Positions 36,756 through 46,214 of a DNA stretch of 64,000 nt are shown here, piece by piece. Each line of letters begins with the position of its first letter. Within the stretch, counting starts at the first letter, position 1. Below the pieces are notes generated by a model. That model ran no database searches. It had not been told where the DNA came from and saw nothing but the letters and a program-made list of their open reading frames with translations. The DNA is taken from positions 32,001 to 96,000 of the forward strand of contig JAZAMN010000071.1 in NCBI GenBank assembly GCA_036229005.1, written 5' to 3'. Source of the DNA: Myxococcota bacterium. Its GTDB lineage: Bacteria > Myxococcota_A > UBA796 > CAJQPC01. Made by a program: the position numbers and the translations under genes.

Positions 36756-37226
36756 ATGAACGCCTGGATCCTGACCGTGGGCCTCGCGCTGGCCCAGGAC
36801 CAAAGCGACCGCGCCGCTCAGACCGCCTCCTACGAGGACGGCTACCGCCTGGGCTGGAGCTACGCCGCCACGGTCCCCACCCTGGAGTGGGCCGCCTACG
36901 GCGCCGCCGGGAGCTGCCTCTTCGGCGGAGCGGGCTGCGTCGGGGTCACCGCCCTGGGCTACTACGTCGACCCCGAGGACCTCCCGCCCCTGCAGCTCGA
37001 CGCGGACTACAACATCCCCCAGGCCTACATGGGCAGCACCCACCCCGCCCCAGAGGGCACCCTCTACCCCGAGCACTTCGCCGAGGGCTACGAGGACGGC
37101 TGGGACGCCCGGGTGCGCCGCTCTCGGGCGCGCTGGGCCTTCGCGGGGGGCGCCGCGGTCCCCGTGGTGATCACCGGCGCCTACGTGGGCCTGTTCGCCG
37201 GCAGCCTGGTGTGGAGCACCCTGTGA
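36756..37226 (+). CDS. Hypothetical membrane protein
   Basis: GAGGAG RBS; signal peptide; two hydrophobic segments; repeated YxxGY motifs. Confidence 0.6.
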   Translation: MNAWILTVGLALAQDQSDRAAQTASYEDGYRLGWSYAATVPTLEWAAYGAAGSCLFGGAGCVGVTALGYYVDPEDLPPLQLDADYNIPQAYMGSTHPAPEGTLYPEHFAEGYEDGWDARVRRSRARWAFAGGAAVPVVITGAYVGLFAGSLVWSTL

Positions 37227-37816
37227 GCGTCACCCTGGTCTCCGCCGTCCAGGCCGAGCTCGGCGACCTGCCCGGTCACGCCGTCGGCATCGGCCCGCTG
37301 CGGGCGGCTCTGGGCGCCTGGTCTGTCCTCGCTGGGGGGACCGGTCCCGTCATCCTGCTGGGCAGCGCCGGGGTGTATCCGGGGTGTGCCCTGCCCATTG
37401 GACAGGCCGTGGTCTCCTCCTCCCTGGGCCTCTCCGGGGGCATCGCCGAGCTGGGCCTGGGCTACCAGCCCGTCCCCGATCCGGTCCTGGAGGGAGCGGT
37501 GGGTTGGTTCCCCGCGCTGCCCGCCTGCACCGTCCTGACCGTGCCGGCCATCACCAGCGACCCCGATCTCGCCCGCCAGCGAGGACAGGCGTGGCAGATC
37601 GAGCACATGGAGTCCTACGGCGTGGCCGCTGCCTGCGCGCGCCTGGGCCGCCCCTTCGTCGCCGTGCTCGGGATCAGCAACGAGGTGGGGCCCCTGGCAC
37701 ACGAACAATGGAAGGCCCACCGCCACCAGGCCGAGGCCGCCGCGCAGGCCGCAGTGAGATCCTTCCTGCAGGCGAGGACAGGCGGGCGGACAGATTCTGG
37801 CCCCCAGGACGGTTAG
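37223..37816 (+). CDS. Nucleoside phosphorylase-fold protein, futalosine hydrolase (MqnB)/MTAN-like
   Basis: GIGP..AA, LLGSAG.Y, V..IT, EHMESYGVA.AC, ISNEVG....W; GTGA overlap. Confidence 0.7.
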   Translation: MSVTLVSAVQAELGDLPGHAVGIGPLRAALGAWSVLAGGTGPVILLGSAGVYPGCALPIGQAVVSSSLGLSGGIAELGLGYQPVPDPVLEGAVGWFPALPACTVLTVPAITSDPDLARQRGQAWQIEHMESYGVAAACARLGRPFVAVLGISNEVGPLAHEQWKAHRHQAEAAAQAAVRSFLQARTGGRTDSGPQDG

Positions 37817-37825
37817 ACGCTCCCC

Positions 37826-38719
37826 ATGCAGTGGAACTCCCTCCCCATCATCGCCTTCGACACCGAGACCACGGGCCTGAGCCCCTTCGCGGGGGACCGC
37901 GTCATCGAGTTCGGCGCCGTGGTCCTGCACGTGGGTCGGGACGGCCGGGTGGCCAAGGTCGAGAAGCACGACTTCCTGTTCAACCCGGGGATCCCCATCC
38001 CCCCCAAGGTCGTGCAGCTCACAGGCATCGACGACGCGATGGTCGCCAACAAGCCCCCCTTCGAGGACCTCGCCATGAAGGTGCGGCAGCTCCTCACCGG
38101 CGGGATCTGCGTGGCCCACAACTACGCCTTCGACCGCAACTTCATCTCCGAGGAGTTCCGCCGCGCCGGCCTGGCCTGGCCCGACCCCATCGGAGAGGTC
38201 GACACGGTGGACCTCTCCATGCGCATGTTCCCCGAGGCCCGCTCGCACAAGCTCTCCGAGCTGTGCAAGCGCCTGGACGTGGACCTGGACAACGCCCACC
38301 GCGCCACCGACGACGCCGAGGCCTGCGGCCGCTGCTTCGTCGAGCTCACCCGCCGCCGCGAGGCCCCCGGGGAGCTCCACGGCATGCTGGACTGGGCCGA
38401 CGCTCTGGGCCACCCCCCGGAGAACGAGTGGATGGGCCTGGGTCCCCGGGGTCAGGTGATCTTCCTCAAGGGCGACTACGAGGGCCAGCCGGTGGAGCAC
38501 CACCCCAAGCACCTGCACTGGATGACCATGGCGCGCGTCCGCGAGGGCGGCCGCTGGGCCTGGCGCTACCCGGAGTCCCTGCGGCGCTGGGCGGAGCGCT
38601 GCCTGCGGGTGCGCTCCTCTGGCCGGGCGCGGCAGAACCCCAAGAGCTTCGGACCGGGCGACTGGACCATCGACAGCAACGCCCTGCTGATCACCCAGGA
38701 CCGCGGGCGCGCCTCCTGA
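37826..38719 (+). CDS. DEDDh 3'-5' exonuclease (DnaQ/Pol III epsilon-like) with C-terminal extension
   Basis: AFDTETTG, VAHNYAFD, DT..L, HKL..LC, HRATDDA. Confidence 0.9.
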   Translation: MQWNSLPIIAFDTETTGLSPFAGDRVIEFGAVVLHVGRDGRVAKVEKHDFLFNPGIPIPPKVVQLTGIDDAMVANKPPFEDLAMKVRQLLTGGICVAHNYAFDRNFISEEFRRAGLAWPDPIGEVDTVDLSMRMFPEARSHKLSELCKRLDVDLDNAHRATDDAEACGRCFVELTRRREAPGELHGMLDWADALGHPPENEWMGLGPRGQVIFLKGDYEGQPVEHHPKHLHWMTMARVREGGRWAWRYPESLRRWAERCLRVRSSGRARQNPKSFGPGDWTIDSNALLITQDRGRAS

Positions 38720-38759
38720 CCCCCGCCTGACACCTCGCCGGGTATCCTAGGCGGCCCGA

Positions 38760-39404
38760 ATGTCCGAGACTCCCCACCGCCGCGCGCTCTTGCTGGGCCT
38801 CCCCGCCCTGGCGGTGGGCTGCGCACCCCGGGCGGCCCGCCAGGACGCCCTGGTCTACAGCCTGGACAAAGAGGTCATCGCGCTGCGCTACCAGATCGAG
38901 CTGCTCCAGCAGCAGCTCGAGACCTGCAGCTCGGCGTCGGCGCCACCGCCCGCCATCTACACGGACCTCAACCAGATCCTGCCGGACCTGGGCGTCAAGG
39001 TCTGGCGGGAGCAGTCCCTGGTCAAACTGCGCGTCCCCGTGGACAAGCTCTTTGCCAGCGGCAGCATGCGGGTGCGCGCCGAGGCCGATCCGATCATGGA
39101 CCTGCTGGCCACCGCCTTGCGCCTGCACGAGAGCGTGATCGCGGCGGTCGTGGGCCACAGCGACGACGAGCCGGTGCGCGGTCGAATGGCCAAGCTCTAC
39201 CCCAGCAACTGGGAGCTCTCGACCGCCCGCGCTGTGGCGGTGGTGCGCTCCCTGGTGGAAGAGTGGGGGGTGGGCCCGCAGCGCCTGACGCCCAGCGGGC
39301 AGGCCGAGTGGCACCCCATCGCCGAGAACGACACGCCCGAGGGGCGCGCACAGAACCGCAGGGTGGAGATCATCCTGCGGGAATCCAAGGAGGAGTCCTC
39401 ATGA
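38760..39404 (+). CDS. OmpA/MotB-like peptidoglycan-binding lipoprotein
   Basis: RR...LAVGC signal; LF.SGS, VGHSD, YPSNWELSTARA..V, P..ENDTPEGRAQNRRVEI. Confidence 0.88.
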   Translation: MSETPHRRALLLGLPALAVGCAPRAARQDALVYSLDKEVIALRYQIELLQQQLETCSSASAPPPAIYTDLNQILPDLGVKVWREQSLVKLRVPVDKLFASGSMRVRAEADPIMDLLATALRLHESVIAAVVGHSDDEPVRGRMAKLYPSNWELSTARAVAVVRSLVEEWGVGPQRLTPSGQAEWHPIAENDTPEGRAQNRRVEIILRESKEESS

Positions 39405-39940
39405 GAAGCACCCAGAGCCTGTGCATCCTGGGCCTGTTGGCCCTGGTGGCCTGCAAGCGGGGGGACGACACCGCAGACAGCAGCGGCGGCAGCGACGAGT
39501 GTGGGGACGTCGACGGCCCCGAGGGCCCCGTCCCCAACGTGCTGGGGGACTGGACCGCGGACTTCGGCAAGAACCAGTTCGACGAGAACTGCGGCTTCAA
39601 CGGCATGACCGCAGGCTCCCACTACCTGCTGGACGGCGCGATGGAGATCGACGGCCGCCTCCCGGACCAGCTTCGGGTGACCTTCAACGAGTCCCCCGAG
39701 AGCGAGTTCTGGGGGGTGATCTCACCCACCGGCGCGGTGTCCTTCGCGGGCACCCATGAGCACCGCGAGGGCACCATGGACATGGCCTTCGGCGGGAAGG
39801 CCTACTACGACCAGTACCGCACCCGCTACTACATCGAGGGCTGGGCCTGGGTGGGCGTGGACACCGACGGCGACCCCGACTCCTACGAGTGCACCGCGCG
39901 CGGTGAGTGGACGGCCAGCAAGTCTGGCCTGGCAAGGTGA
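39401..39940 (+). CDS. Hypothetical lipoprotein
   Basis: AGGAGG RBS, ATGA overlap, LLALVAC lipobox. Confidence 0.7.
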   Translation: MRSTQSLCILGLLALVACKRGDDTADSSGGSDECGDVDGPEGPVPNVLGDWTADFGKNQFDENCGFNGMTAGSHYLLDGAMEIDGRLPDQLRVTFNESPESEFWGVISPTGAVSFAGTHEHREGTMDMAFGGKAYYDQYRTRYYIEGWAWVGVDTDGDPDSYECTARGEWTASKSGLAR

Positions 39941-41721
39941 GCTTCGACCCCGCCGCAATCCTGAGCTCCTACGGCGCCGCCTTCCAGGCGCGCATGCAGG
40001 TGGACCCCAAGCGACTGGCCAAGCGGGTCGAGGTCCTCCAGATCGCCCGCGAGCTGCCCGAGCCGCTGCGCGACACGCTGGACACCCTGCTGCTGGCCCA
40101 CCCCGAGGCCGGCCACATCGACCTGCGCTTCCGCGCCCTGCTCGAAGAGGGCCCCGGCGCCGAGCTCTGGCTCTACGGCCTGGTGCTCCCCCGCGGCCTG
40201 CCCAAGGGCGCGCGCGGCGTGGACCCCACCAACTTCGCGGGCGCAGCGCGCCTGCACCCCGCCCTCAAGCGGCGGCGTCCGCTCCGCGAGCGGCTGCGTG
40301 AGGATGTCCTCGCCGAGGACCTGTCCCCTACGCATCCTCCCAGCGACGCCCGATTTGACGCGGTGGTGGTCGCAGTGGCGATCGAGGCGAACCCTCCTCG
40401 CCTCAAGCAGGACCTGGGGCTGAGAAAGGACACCCTGCAGCGGCTCATGCGCAGCCTGGGCGACGACCCCGATCGCTGGTCGCTCGCGCTGTCCCTGGCC
40501 ATGGCCTCCGGCCTCTGTCGCCCCGCCGGTGGGCGCCTGCGCGGCTACCCCGAGTCCAAGGCGCGCTCCCTGGACGACCCCGCCGCCCTGCTGCCCGAAG
40601 ACCTCCAGACCGCCGGCCGCCTGCTGCTGCGCCTGGTGGGCCAGGACTGGATCTCCCTGGACACCCTGCTCTCGACCCTACGCACCCGCTGCCGGCAGGT
40701 GCTGCACTCCCCCAACGAGCAGGGCGCCTACGACACCCGGCCGGGCACCCACTTTGACGAGCAGGGCTTCGACCACATCGAGCTCCCGCTGTTCAAGGCG
40801 GCCGCCACCGCGCTCTACCGCGCCCGGCAGCTCGATGGACGCGCCGGGAGCGAGGGCGTCGAGGCGCTCCGGCAGCCCCAGCCCGGCCCCGAGTACCCCC
40901 CGGGCTTCCTGCTGACGCCGGATCTGGAGATCCTGGTCGCCCCCGAAGAGCTGCCCGCGCACATCTACGGCCGCCTGGCGCGCCTGGCCCCCTTCGTGGA
41001 GGGCACCCGCGTCCACCGCCACCGCATCACCAGCGACGGCGTGGCCCGGGACCTGACCGCCGGACACAGCGACCCCGCCGAGTTCCTGGCCAGGTACAGC
41101 CGCACCGGCGTCCCCCCCACCGTGGCCCAGTCCCTGGCCGCCTGGTCCCAGTCCGCCGAGCGCATCAGCCTGCTCTCCGGCGTGGACATCCTGGAGCAGG
41201 ACGGGCGCTTCACCGTGGTGGAGAGCCCCCCCGAGCACGCCCGGGAGCTGCAATACGGCCTGCGGGACGCCCCGGTCCCCGCCAGCTTCCAGGCCGAGGG
41301 GGCCGACCACCTGCTGGTCCCCACCGAGCACGAGGCCCTCACCGTGCGCGCCGCCCTGGAGCGCGTCGCCGTCCTGGAGCGCTGGGACGACGCCGGCCTG
41401 CACTACCGCCTGCGCCCCACCGCCGCCGAGGAGCCCGAGGCCCTGCTGGACAGCCTGCGCAGCTTCCACGACGGCCCCCTGCCGGGCCAGCTCGAGGTCA
41501 GCGTGCTCGCCGCCAGTCAGCCCCACCCCGCCCCCCGCCAGGAAGAAGCCGTGGTGCTCCACCTGCCCGAGAGCCTCTCGCCGGCGCTGGTGCGGGACCC
41601 CGTAGCGGGCCCACTGCTGGGTCGGGTCGTGGCCCCCGGGCAGCACCTGGTGGACCGGGAGCACCTGCCCGAGCTGCTGGCCCGCCTGGAGCGCCTGGGG
41701 CTGTCCACCAAGGCGCCCTGA
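39937..41721 (+). CDS. Protein with XPB/Ssl2 N-terminal-like helicase-associated domain (Helicase_C_3)
   Basis: PDLEILV...LARLA...HRIT...VAR....G....FL..YSRTGVP.TV...L..W; no Walker motifs. Confidence 0.7.
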   Translation: MSFDPAAILSSYGAAFQARMQVDPKRLAKRVEVLQIARELPEPLRDTLDTLLLAHPEAGHIDLRFRALLEEGPGAELWLYGLVLPRGLPKGARGVDPTNFAGAARLHPALKRRRPLRERLREDVLAEDLSPTHPPSDARFDAVVVAVAIEANPPRLKQDLGLRKDTLQRLMRSLGDDPDRWSLALSLAMASGLCRPAGGRLRGYPESKARSLDDPAALLPEDLQTAGRLLLRLVGQDWISLDTLLSTLRTRCRQVLHSPNEQGAYDTRPGTHFDEQGFDHIELPLFKAAATALYRARQLDGRAGSEGVEALRQPQPGPEYPPGFLLTPDLEILVAPEELPAHIYGRLARLAPFVEGTRVHRHRITSDGVARDLTAGHSDPAEFLARYSRTGVPPTVAQSLAAWSQSAERISLLSGVDILEQDGRFTVVESPPEHARELQYGLRDAPVPASFQAEGADHLLVPTEHEALTVRAALERVAVLERWDDAGLHYRLRPTAAEEPEALLDSLRSFHDGPLPGQLEVSVLAASQPHPAPRQEEAVVLHLPESLSPALVRDPVAGPLLGRVVAPGQHLVDREHLPELLARLERLGLSTKAP

Positions 41722-41727
41722 GAGCGG

Positions 41728-42300
41728 CTACTCGCAGTCGTCGACCAGGCCCGTGTCGACATCGGCCTGGTCGGGCCAGACCTCCCAGGTCTCCTCGCCG
41801 CACAGGCTGCGCCCGGCGGAGTCCTCCGCGCAGATCTCCACCTTCAGGGATTCGCAGGAGAGCGCCTGCGCCACGTTCTGGTCCTCGTAGACCGGGTCGT
41901 CCGTGAACAGGAAGAGCGTGATGCCCGGGAAGCTGCCCTGGCAGGTGTCCTCGTCCACGAGCTGCACGTAGTGGGTCTGCTCAGGGCCCACCTCGACCCC
42001 CGTGACCGGGTGGACCACCCGCGAGACCAGATTCACCACGGAGCGCGTATTCCACAGGCGGACAGCGCCCTCGACGTGCCAGCCCCCCTGATCGCCGTGG
42101 ACCATGCGCAGCTTGTCGTCCACCGACGCAAAGACGGCGACCGCGCGGCCCTCTTGCTCGTCAATCACCGTGGTCCCCACCTCGATCTCGGGGGTCTCAC
42201 AGGCGCACTCGGGCTCGATTGTCCCGATCTGGTCCCCAGTCTCCACCAGACACTCCCCAGTGTCGGTTTCGCCGGTACAAGCAAGCAAGAGCAACAGCAC
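41728..42300 (-). CDS. Hypothetical Cys-containing lipoprotein
   Basis: GAGG RBS, (M)LLLLLAC lipobox; MVHG.QGGWH motif. Confidence 0.65.
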   Translation of the reverse strand: MLLLLLACTGETDTGECLVETGDQIGTIEPECACETPEIEVGTTVIDEQEGRAVAVFASVDDKLRMVHGDQGGWHVEGAVRLWNTRSVVNLVSRVVHPVTGVEVGPEQTHYVQLVDEDTCQGSFPGITLFLFTDDPVYEDQNVAQALSCESLKVEICAEDSAGRSLCGEETWEVWPDQADVDTGLVDDCE

Positions 42301-42328
42301 GTCCACCTCTGAAAGAAGTCTAGCACTC

Positions 42329-42344
42329 TGGCACGCCCTTTGCG
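42329..42344 (+). promoter_or_regulatory. Putative sigma-54 (-24/-12) promoter
   Basis: TGGCACGcccTTTGCG = TGGCACG-N4-TTGC with exact GG-N10-GC spacing, ~78 nt upstream of ATG 42422. Confidence 0.65.
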
Positions 42345-42421
42345 CCGGGATCTCCATATCTGCTTGACAGGCGCCGGAAGATCGGGCATTTCGCCGCTTC
42401 GCACCCCCCCGGAGGTCTCCC

Positions 42422-43987
42422 ATGTCCCAGCCCATCCTGCTCCTGCTCTCCACCCTGGCCTGCTCCAGCGGTCTCTTCGGCGGCGGCAAGGACCCCGAGC
42501 TCGACACCGCCATCGAGGCGGACGCCGACGCGGACGCGGACACCGACTCCGACACCGACGCCGACTCGGACTCCGACACCGACGCCGACGCGGACACCGA
42601 CGTCGACCCCGACAAGATCGACGACGACGGCGACGGCTACACCGAAGATGACGGCGACTGCGACGACACCAGCGCCGACGTCAGCCCCGACGCGCTCGAG
42701 GTGCCCTACGACGGCATCGACAACGACTGCAACCCCGACACCGCCGACGACGACATCGACGGCGACGGCTACGACGCCGACGAGGACTGCGACGACACCG
42801 AGGCCGACATCTACCCCGGCGCCGAAGAGGACTACACCGACGGCGTGGACAACGACTGCGACGGCCAGACCGACGAGCGCTTCGACCTGGAGAGCGCCGA
42901 CTCCACCTGCGACTGCGGCTACACCAGCGCCGTGGGCGTCGACAGCCTGAACAACGTCCACGTGGCCTACACCGACGGCGACACCGGCTACCTGATGTAC
43001 AAGGAGCGCAGCGGCACCACCTGGAGCAGCAGCACCACCGTCGACGACTACGCCTACTTCGCGGGCCTGTACATCGACGCCAAGGTCGACAAGAAGGACC
43101 GCTTCCAGGTCGCCTACAGCTTCGACGACTGGAGCGGTGAGAACTCCGTGGCCTTCTCCTACATGGAGAGCAGCGGCACCTGGTACAGCAGCTACGTGGT
43201 CAACGACTACGCGCAGTCCGGCTCCACCGACCTGGGCAACTTCGTCGGCCTGGCGGTGGACAGCGGCAACCTGCCCAGCTTCATCTACCAGGACCAGGAC
43301 GGCGTCTACGACCCCGACCTCTTCGGCTCCGGCGGCTTCGCGGTGCCCGTCGTGGACAGCTACCTGGACCTGGCCCTGGCCAGCCTGAGCCTGCGCGGCG
43401 CCGTGGACTACACCACCTCCGCGTTCGGCTACGGCTACGACAACGGCTGGTTCGCCGACATCACGATCGACAGCAACGACAACCTGCACACCGCCTGGTT
43501 CGACCAGGGCACCGAGATCCTGTCCGGTGGTGGCGTGCGCTACTACAAGCCCTCCTCGATCCTGAGCGCCGAGCTTGCCGAGACCATCTACACCGGCACC
43601 GTCGGCGGCCTGAGCATCGCCCTCAAGTCCGACGACACCCCCTGCCTGGCCCTCTACACCACCGACTCCAACGACGTGGAGTACGGCTGCATGGGCAGCG
43701 ACGGCGGCTTCACCTGGAGCACCATCGACAGCGCCGGCTCCGTCGGCCAGGGCGTCCAGCTCGCCTTCAACTCCTCCGACGAGCCCTACATCGTCTACTA
43801 CAACGAGACCAGCGGCGCGCTGCGCATGTCCCACCACGACGGCAGCGCCTGGAGCTCCTTCCAGGTGGACGGCGCGGGCGACGACGTCGGCCAGTACCCC
43901 TCCATCGCCATCGACAGCAGCGACACCGTGCACGTCACCTACTACGACGTCACCAACGGCGCCCTGCTCTACGCCTACGGCCGCTAG
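42422..43987 (+). CDS. Lipoprotein: (DA/DS/DT)n linker + MopE-type putative metal-binding repeats + beta-propeller-like domain
   Basis: LSTLAC lipobox; DCDD....V.P.A.E..YDG.DNDC repeats; repeated S.A.DS....H..Y.D units. Confidence 0.8.
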   Translation: MSQPILLLLSTLACSSGLFGGGKDPELDTAIEADADADADTDSDTDADSDSDTDADADTDVDPDKIDDDGDGYTEDDGDCDDTSADVSPDALEVPYDGIDNDCNPDTADDDIDGDGYDADEDCDDTEADIYPGAEEDYTDGVDNDCDGQTDERFDLESADSTCDCGYTSAVGVDSLNNVHVAYTDGDTGYLMYKERSGTTWSSSTTVDDYAYFAGLYIDAKVDKKDRFQVAYSFDDWSGENSVAFSYMESSGTWYSSYVVNDYAQSGSTDLGNFVGLAVDSGNLPSFIYQDQDGVYDPDLFGSGGFAVPVVDSYLDLALASLSLRGAVDYTTSAFGYGYDNGWFADITIDSNDNLHTAWFDQGTEILSGGGVRYYKPSSILSAELAETIYTGTVGGLSIALKSDDTPCLALYTTDSNDVEYGCMGSDGGFTWSTIDSAGSVGQGVQLAFNSSDEPYIVYYNETSGALRMSHHDGSAWSSFQVDGAGDDVGQYPSIAIDSSDTVHVTYYDVTNGALLYAYGR

Positions 43988-44049
43988 GCCCCCCCAAGGG
44001 ACCCAGCCCCCATGGGACCCAGCCCGCGCCCCTGAGCCACAGACCGCGC

Positions 44050-44361
44050 TCAGGGGCGCAGGGTCTGGCAGCTCCAGCAGGACCCGAAGCTCCCCTCGTT
44101 CTCCTCCCCGCAGCCGGGACAGGTCCAGGGAGAGGAGGGCAGGGACTCCGCGCGCCAGCCGGCCAAGGCCAGCCTGGCCAACCCCAGGTCCACCGCCTCC
44201 ACCCACAGGCTGGGCTGCGCCTCTGTGACCGGGATGGCGCCGGCGAGGCCAGTGAGGTGCACACCACGCAGCGACACCCGCAGCCCCCGCTGCGTCAGGT
44301 AGTCGCGGATCAAGTAGGCCTCGGTGGGATCCGTTGCCTGGTAGAGCAGGGTCTGAGCCAT
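44050..44361 (-). CDS. DUF2007-like protein with C-terminal RanBP2-type Zn finger
   Basis: DPTEAYLIRDYL...G; L.G.IP; WTCPGCGEENEGSFGSCWSC. Confidence 0.8.
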   Translation of the reverse strand: MAQTLLYQATDPTEAYLIRDYLTQRGLRVSLRGVHLTGLAGAIPVTEAQPSLWVEAVDLGLARLALAGWRAESLPSSPWTCPGCGEENEGSFGSCWSCQTLRP

Positions 44362-44422
44362 GTGGACATCCTCCCACGCCGGGCCCGCCACCGCAGCCCC
44401 CGAAAGTGATAGCGTGGCCTCC

Positions 44423-45439
44423 GTGAGCGAACTGGCAGCAATCCAAGCGCGCATCCAGGCGGCCCGGGCCGAGGGCCAGCCCGCGACCGAGGCGGAGCTC
44501 CGCGCCCACCTGGCCCGACACCACTCCTCCCAGGGGCAGTGGCGCGATGCGGCGCAAGAGCTGCACTGGGCGGCCGAGCTCGCCGCCCAGGCCGGAGACC
44601 CCGCCGCCCAGGCCGAGTACCTCTTTGGCAAGGGCAGCGCCCTGATCTCGGCCCCCGGCATGGAGCAGGCCGCGGCCCGCGCGCTCCGACGGGCCAGCGC
44701 CGCCGCCAAGGTCGGGGGCCGCCCCGCCATCGCCCTGGAGGCCGCCCGCCAGCTCCTCAAGCTGCACGCCGCCGCCCAGCGCTGGGACGAGGCCGCCGAG
44801 GCCGCCGCCCGCATCGTCGAGCAGCTCGACTGGAACGGCAGCCGCCCCGAGCTGCTCGCCGGCCTGGAGCAGCAGGCCTTCTACCTGCACCGCCTGGACC
44901 AGGCCTCCCCCCACGAGCGCCACAAGGCCGCCGCCCTCAAGGCCCTGGACACCGCCATCACCACGGCCGAGGCCATCGGGGATCTGCGCCGCGCCATCGA
45001 GCTCCGGGTCCTGCGCCGCGCCATGCGCGACTTCTCCTGGGAGGAGGGCGCCCCCCTCTCCGCCCTGAACGAGGAGCTGGACGCCGACCTCCAGGGCTCC
45101 CCCTTCGCCGAGGAGCTGCTGGGCCAGGCCATGGACGCCCTGCGCGCCGGCATGTCCGACACGGGCACCAAGCGCGCCCTGAACGCGCGGGACGCCGCGG
45201 AGCAGGCGGGTGACCCGCTGCGCTACCTGATCGCCGGCCTCCTGGTCGCCGAGGGCCGCGAGCTCGCCGCGGACCCCAACGCCGCCATCCACGCCCTGCT
45301 GGAGTGCCGCGCCACCCTGGAGCGCTTCCAGAACCCCGTCGCCCTGCGCGCCGTGCGCCTGGTGCTCGAGGCCCAGCGCAGCCGCTGGGGTGAGGCCGCG
45401 ATGGAAGAGGCCCTGGCCGCCTGGACCCAGCGCCGCTGA
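44423..45439 (+). CDS. All-alpha TPR-like hypothetical protein (start uncertain)
   Basis: Ala/Leu/Glu-rich helical repeats (A.E...GD...); host-like codon usage. Confidence 0.6.
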   Translation: MSELAAIQARIQAARAEGQPATEAELRAHLARHHSSQGQWRDAAQELHWAAELAAQAGDPAAQAEYLFGKGSALISAPGMEQAAARALRRASAAAKVGGRPAIALEAARQLLKLHAAAQRWDEAAEAAARIVEQLDWNGSRPELLAGLEQQAFYLHRLDQASPHERHKAAALKALDTAITTAEAIGDLRRAIELRVLRRAMRDFSWEEGAPLSALNEELDADLQGSPFAEELLGQAMDALRAGMSDTGTKRALNARDAAEQAGDPLRYLIAGLLVAEGRELAADPNAAIHALLECRATLERFQNPVALRAVRLVLEAQRSRWGEAAMEEALAAWTQRR

Positions 45440-45449
45440 GGCGCCCCCT

Positions 45450-46136
45450 TCAGCGGCGGACCCAGCGCCAGTCCACGCTGGGGTTGTCCACCTCCAGCCC
45501 CTTGCGCTCGTAGCGGGACGGCACGCGCCACGCCGGCCGCTCCCCCACCGCCTCCAGCGCAAAGCGCGCGTCCCCGGCGAACACCGCCTCCGCGTGCGCC
45601 CCGTATTCGGGCGCGTCCGTGGCCAGGTGGAAGCTCCCGCCCGCCGGCAGGTGCAGCGCCAGCAGCTCCAGCAGCAGCGGGCGGACCAGGCGCTTGTCGG
45701 CCTCGGTGGGGCGGGGGAAGGGATCCGGGTGGAGCACACAGACCTGGTCCACCCCTCCGGGCTCCAGGTGCTCGTTCATCAGCCGCAGCCCATCGGCCCG
45801 AACGAGGAGGACGTTGGTCAACCCCCGCTCCGCGATCTCGGCGAGCACGTGCCCCACGGCCGGCTTGTGCACCTCGACACCCAGAAAGTCGCGCTCCGGC
45901 TCCGATGCGGCCCGCGCCAGCAGCACCTCGCCGAACCCGAATCCCAGCTCCAGGGTGCAGGGGGCCTGGCGGCCAAAGAGGTGGGCCACGGAGTGTCGCA
46001 CGCCAAAGGGCAGCTCGACCCCAAAGCGCTCCCAGTGCTCCGCCAGAGCCCGGCGCTGCCGGCGGGTGAGGTTGCCCTGACGGCGACGGTAGCTGCGCGG
46101 CCAGCGGTCGCGGCCTCCGGGTCCCGGTCGTTCCAT
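45450..46136 (-). CDS. trmB: tRNA (guanine-N7)-methyltransferase
   Basis: RSY.RRQG.LT; LELGFGFG; FLGVEVHKP; PDPFP; LATD...Y; SRYERKG. Confidence 0.9.
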   Translation of the reverse strand: MERPGPGGRDRWPRSYRRRQGNLTRRQRRALAEHWERFGVELPFGVRHSVAHLFGRQAPCTLELGFGFGEVLLARAASEPERDFLGVEVHKPAVGHVLAEIAERGLTNVLLVRADGLRLMNEHLEPGGVDQVCVLHPDPFPRPTEADKRLVRPLLLELLALHLPAGGSFHLATDAPEYGAHAEAVFAGDARFALEAVGERPAWRVPSRYERKGLEVDNPSVDWRWVRR

Positions 46137-46155
46137 GGCCCGGGGATATCCCCCC

Positions 46156-46194
46156 AAACGACAAAGGGCCGCCCCCCCGAAGGAGGACGGCCCC
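46156..46194 (-). terminator. Rho-independent terminator after the TMEM43 gene
   Basis: Minus strand GGGCCGTCCTCC-TTCG-GGGGGGCGGCCC followed by TTTGTCGTTT. Confidence 0.75.
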
Positions 46195-46214
46195 TGGTGA
46201 CCCCGAGGGAGCGA

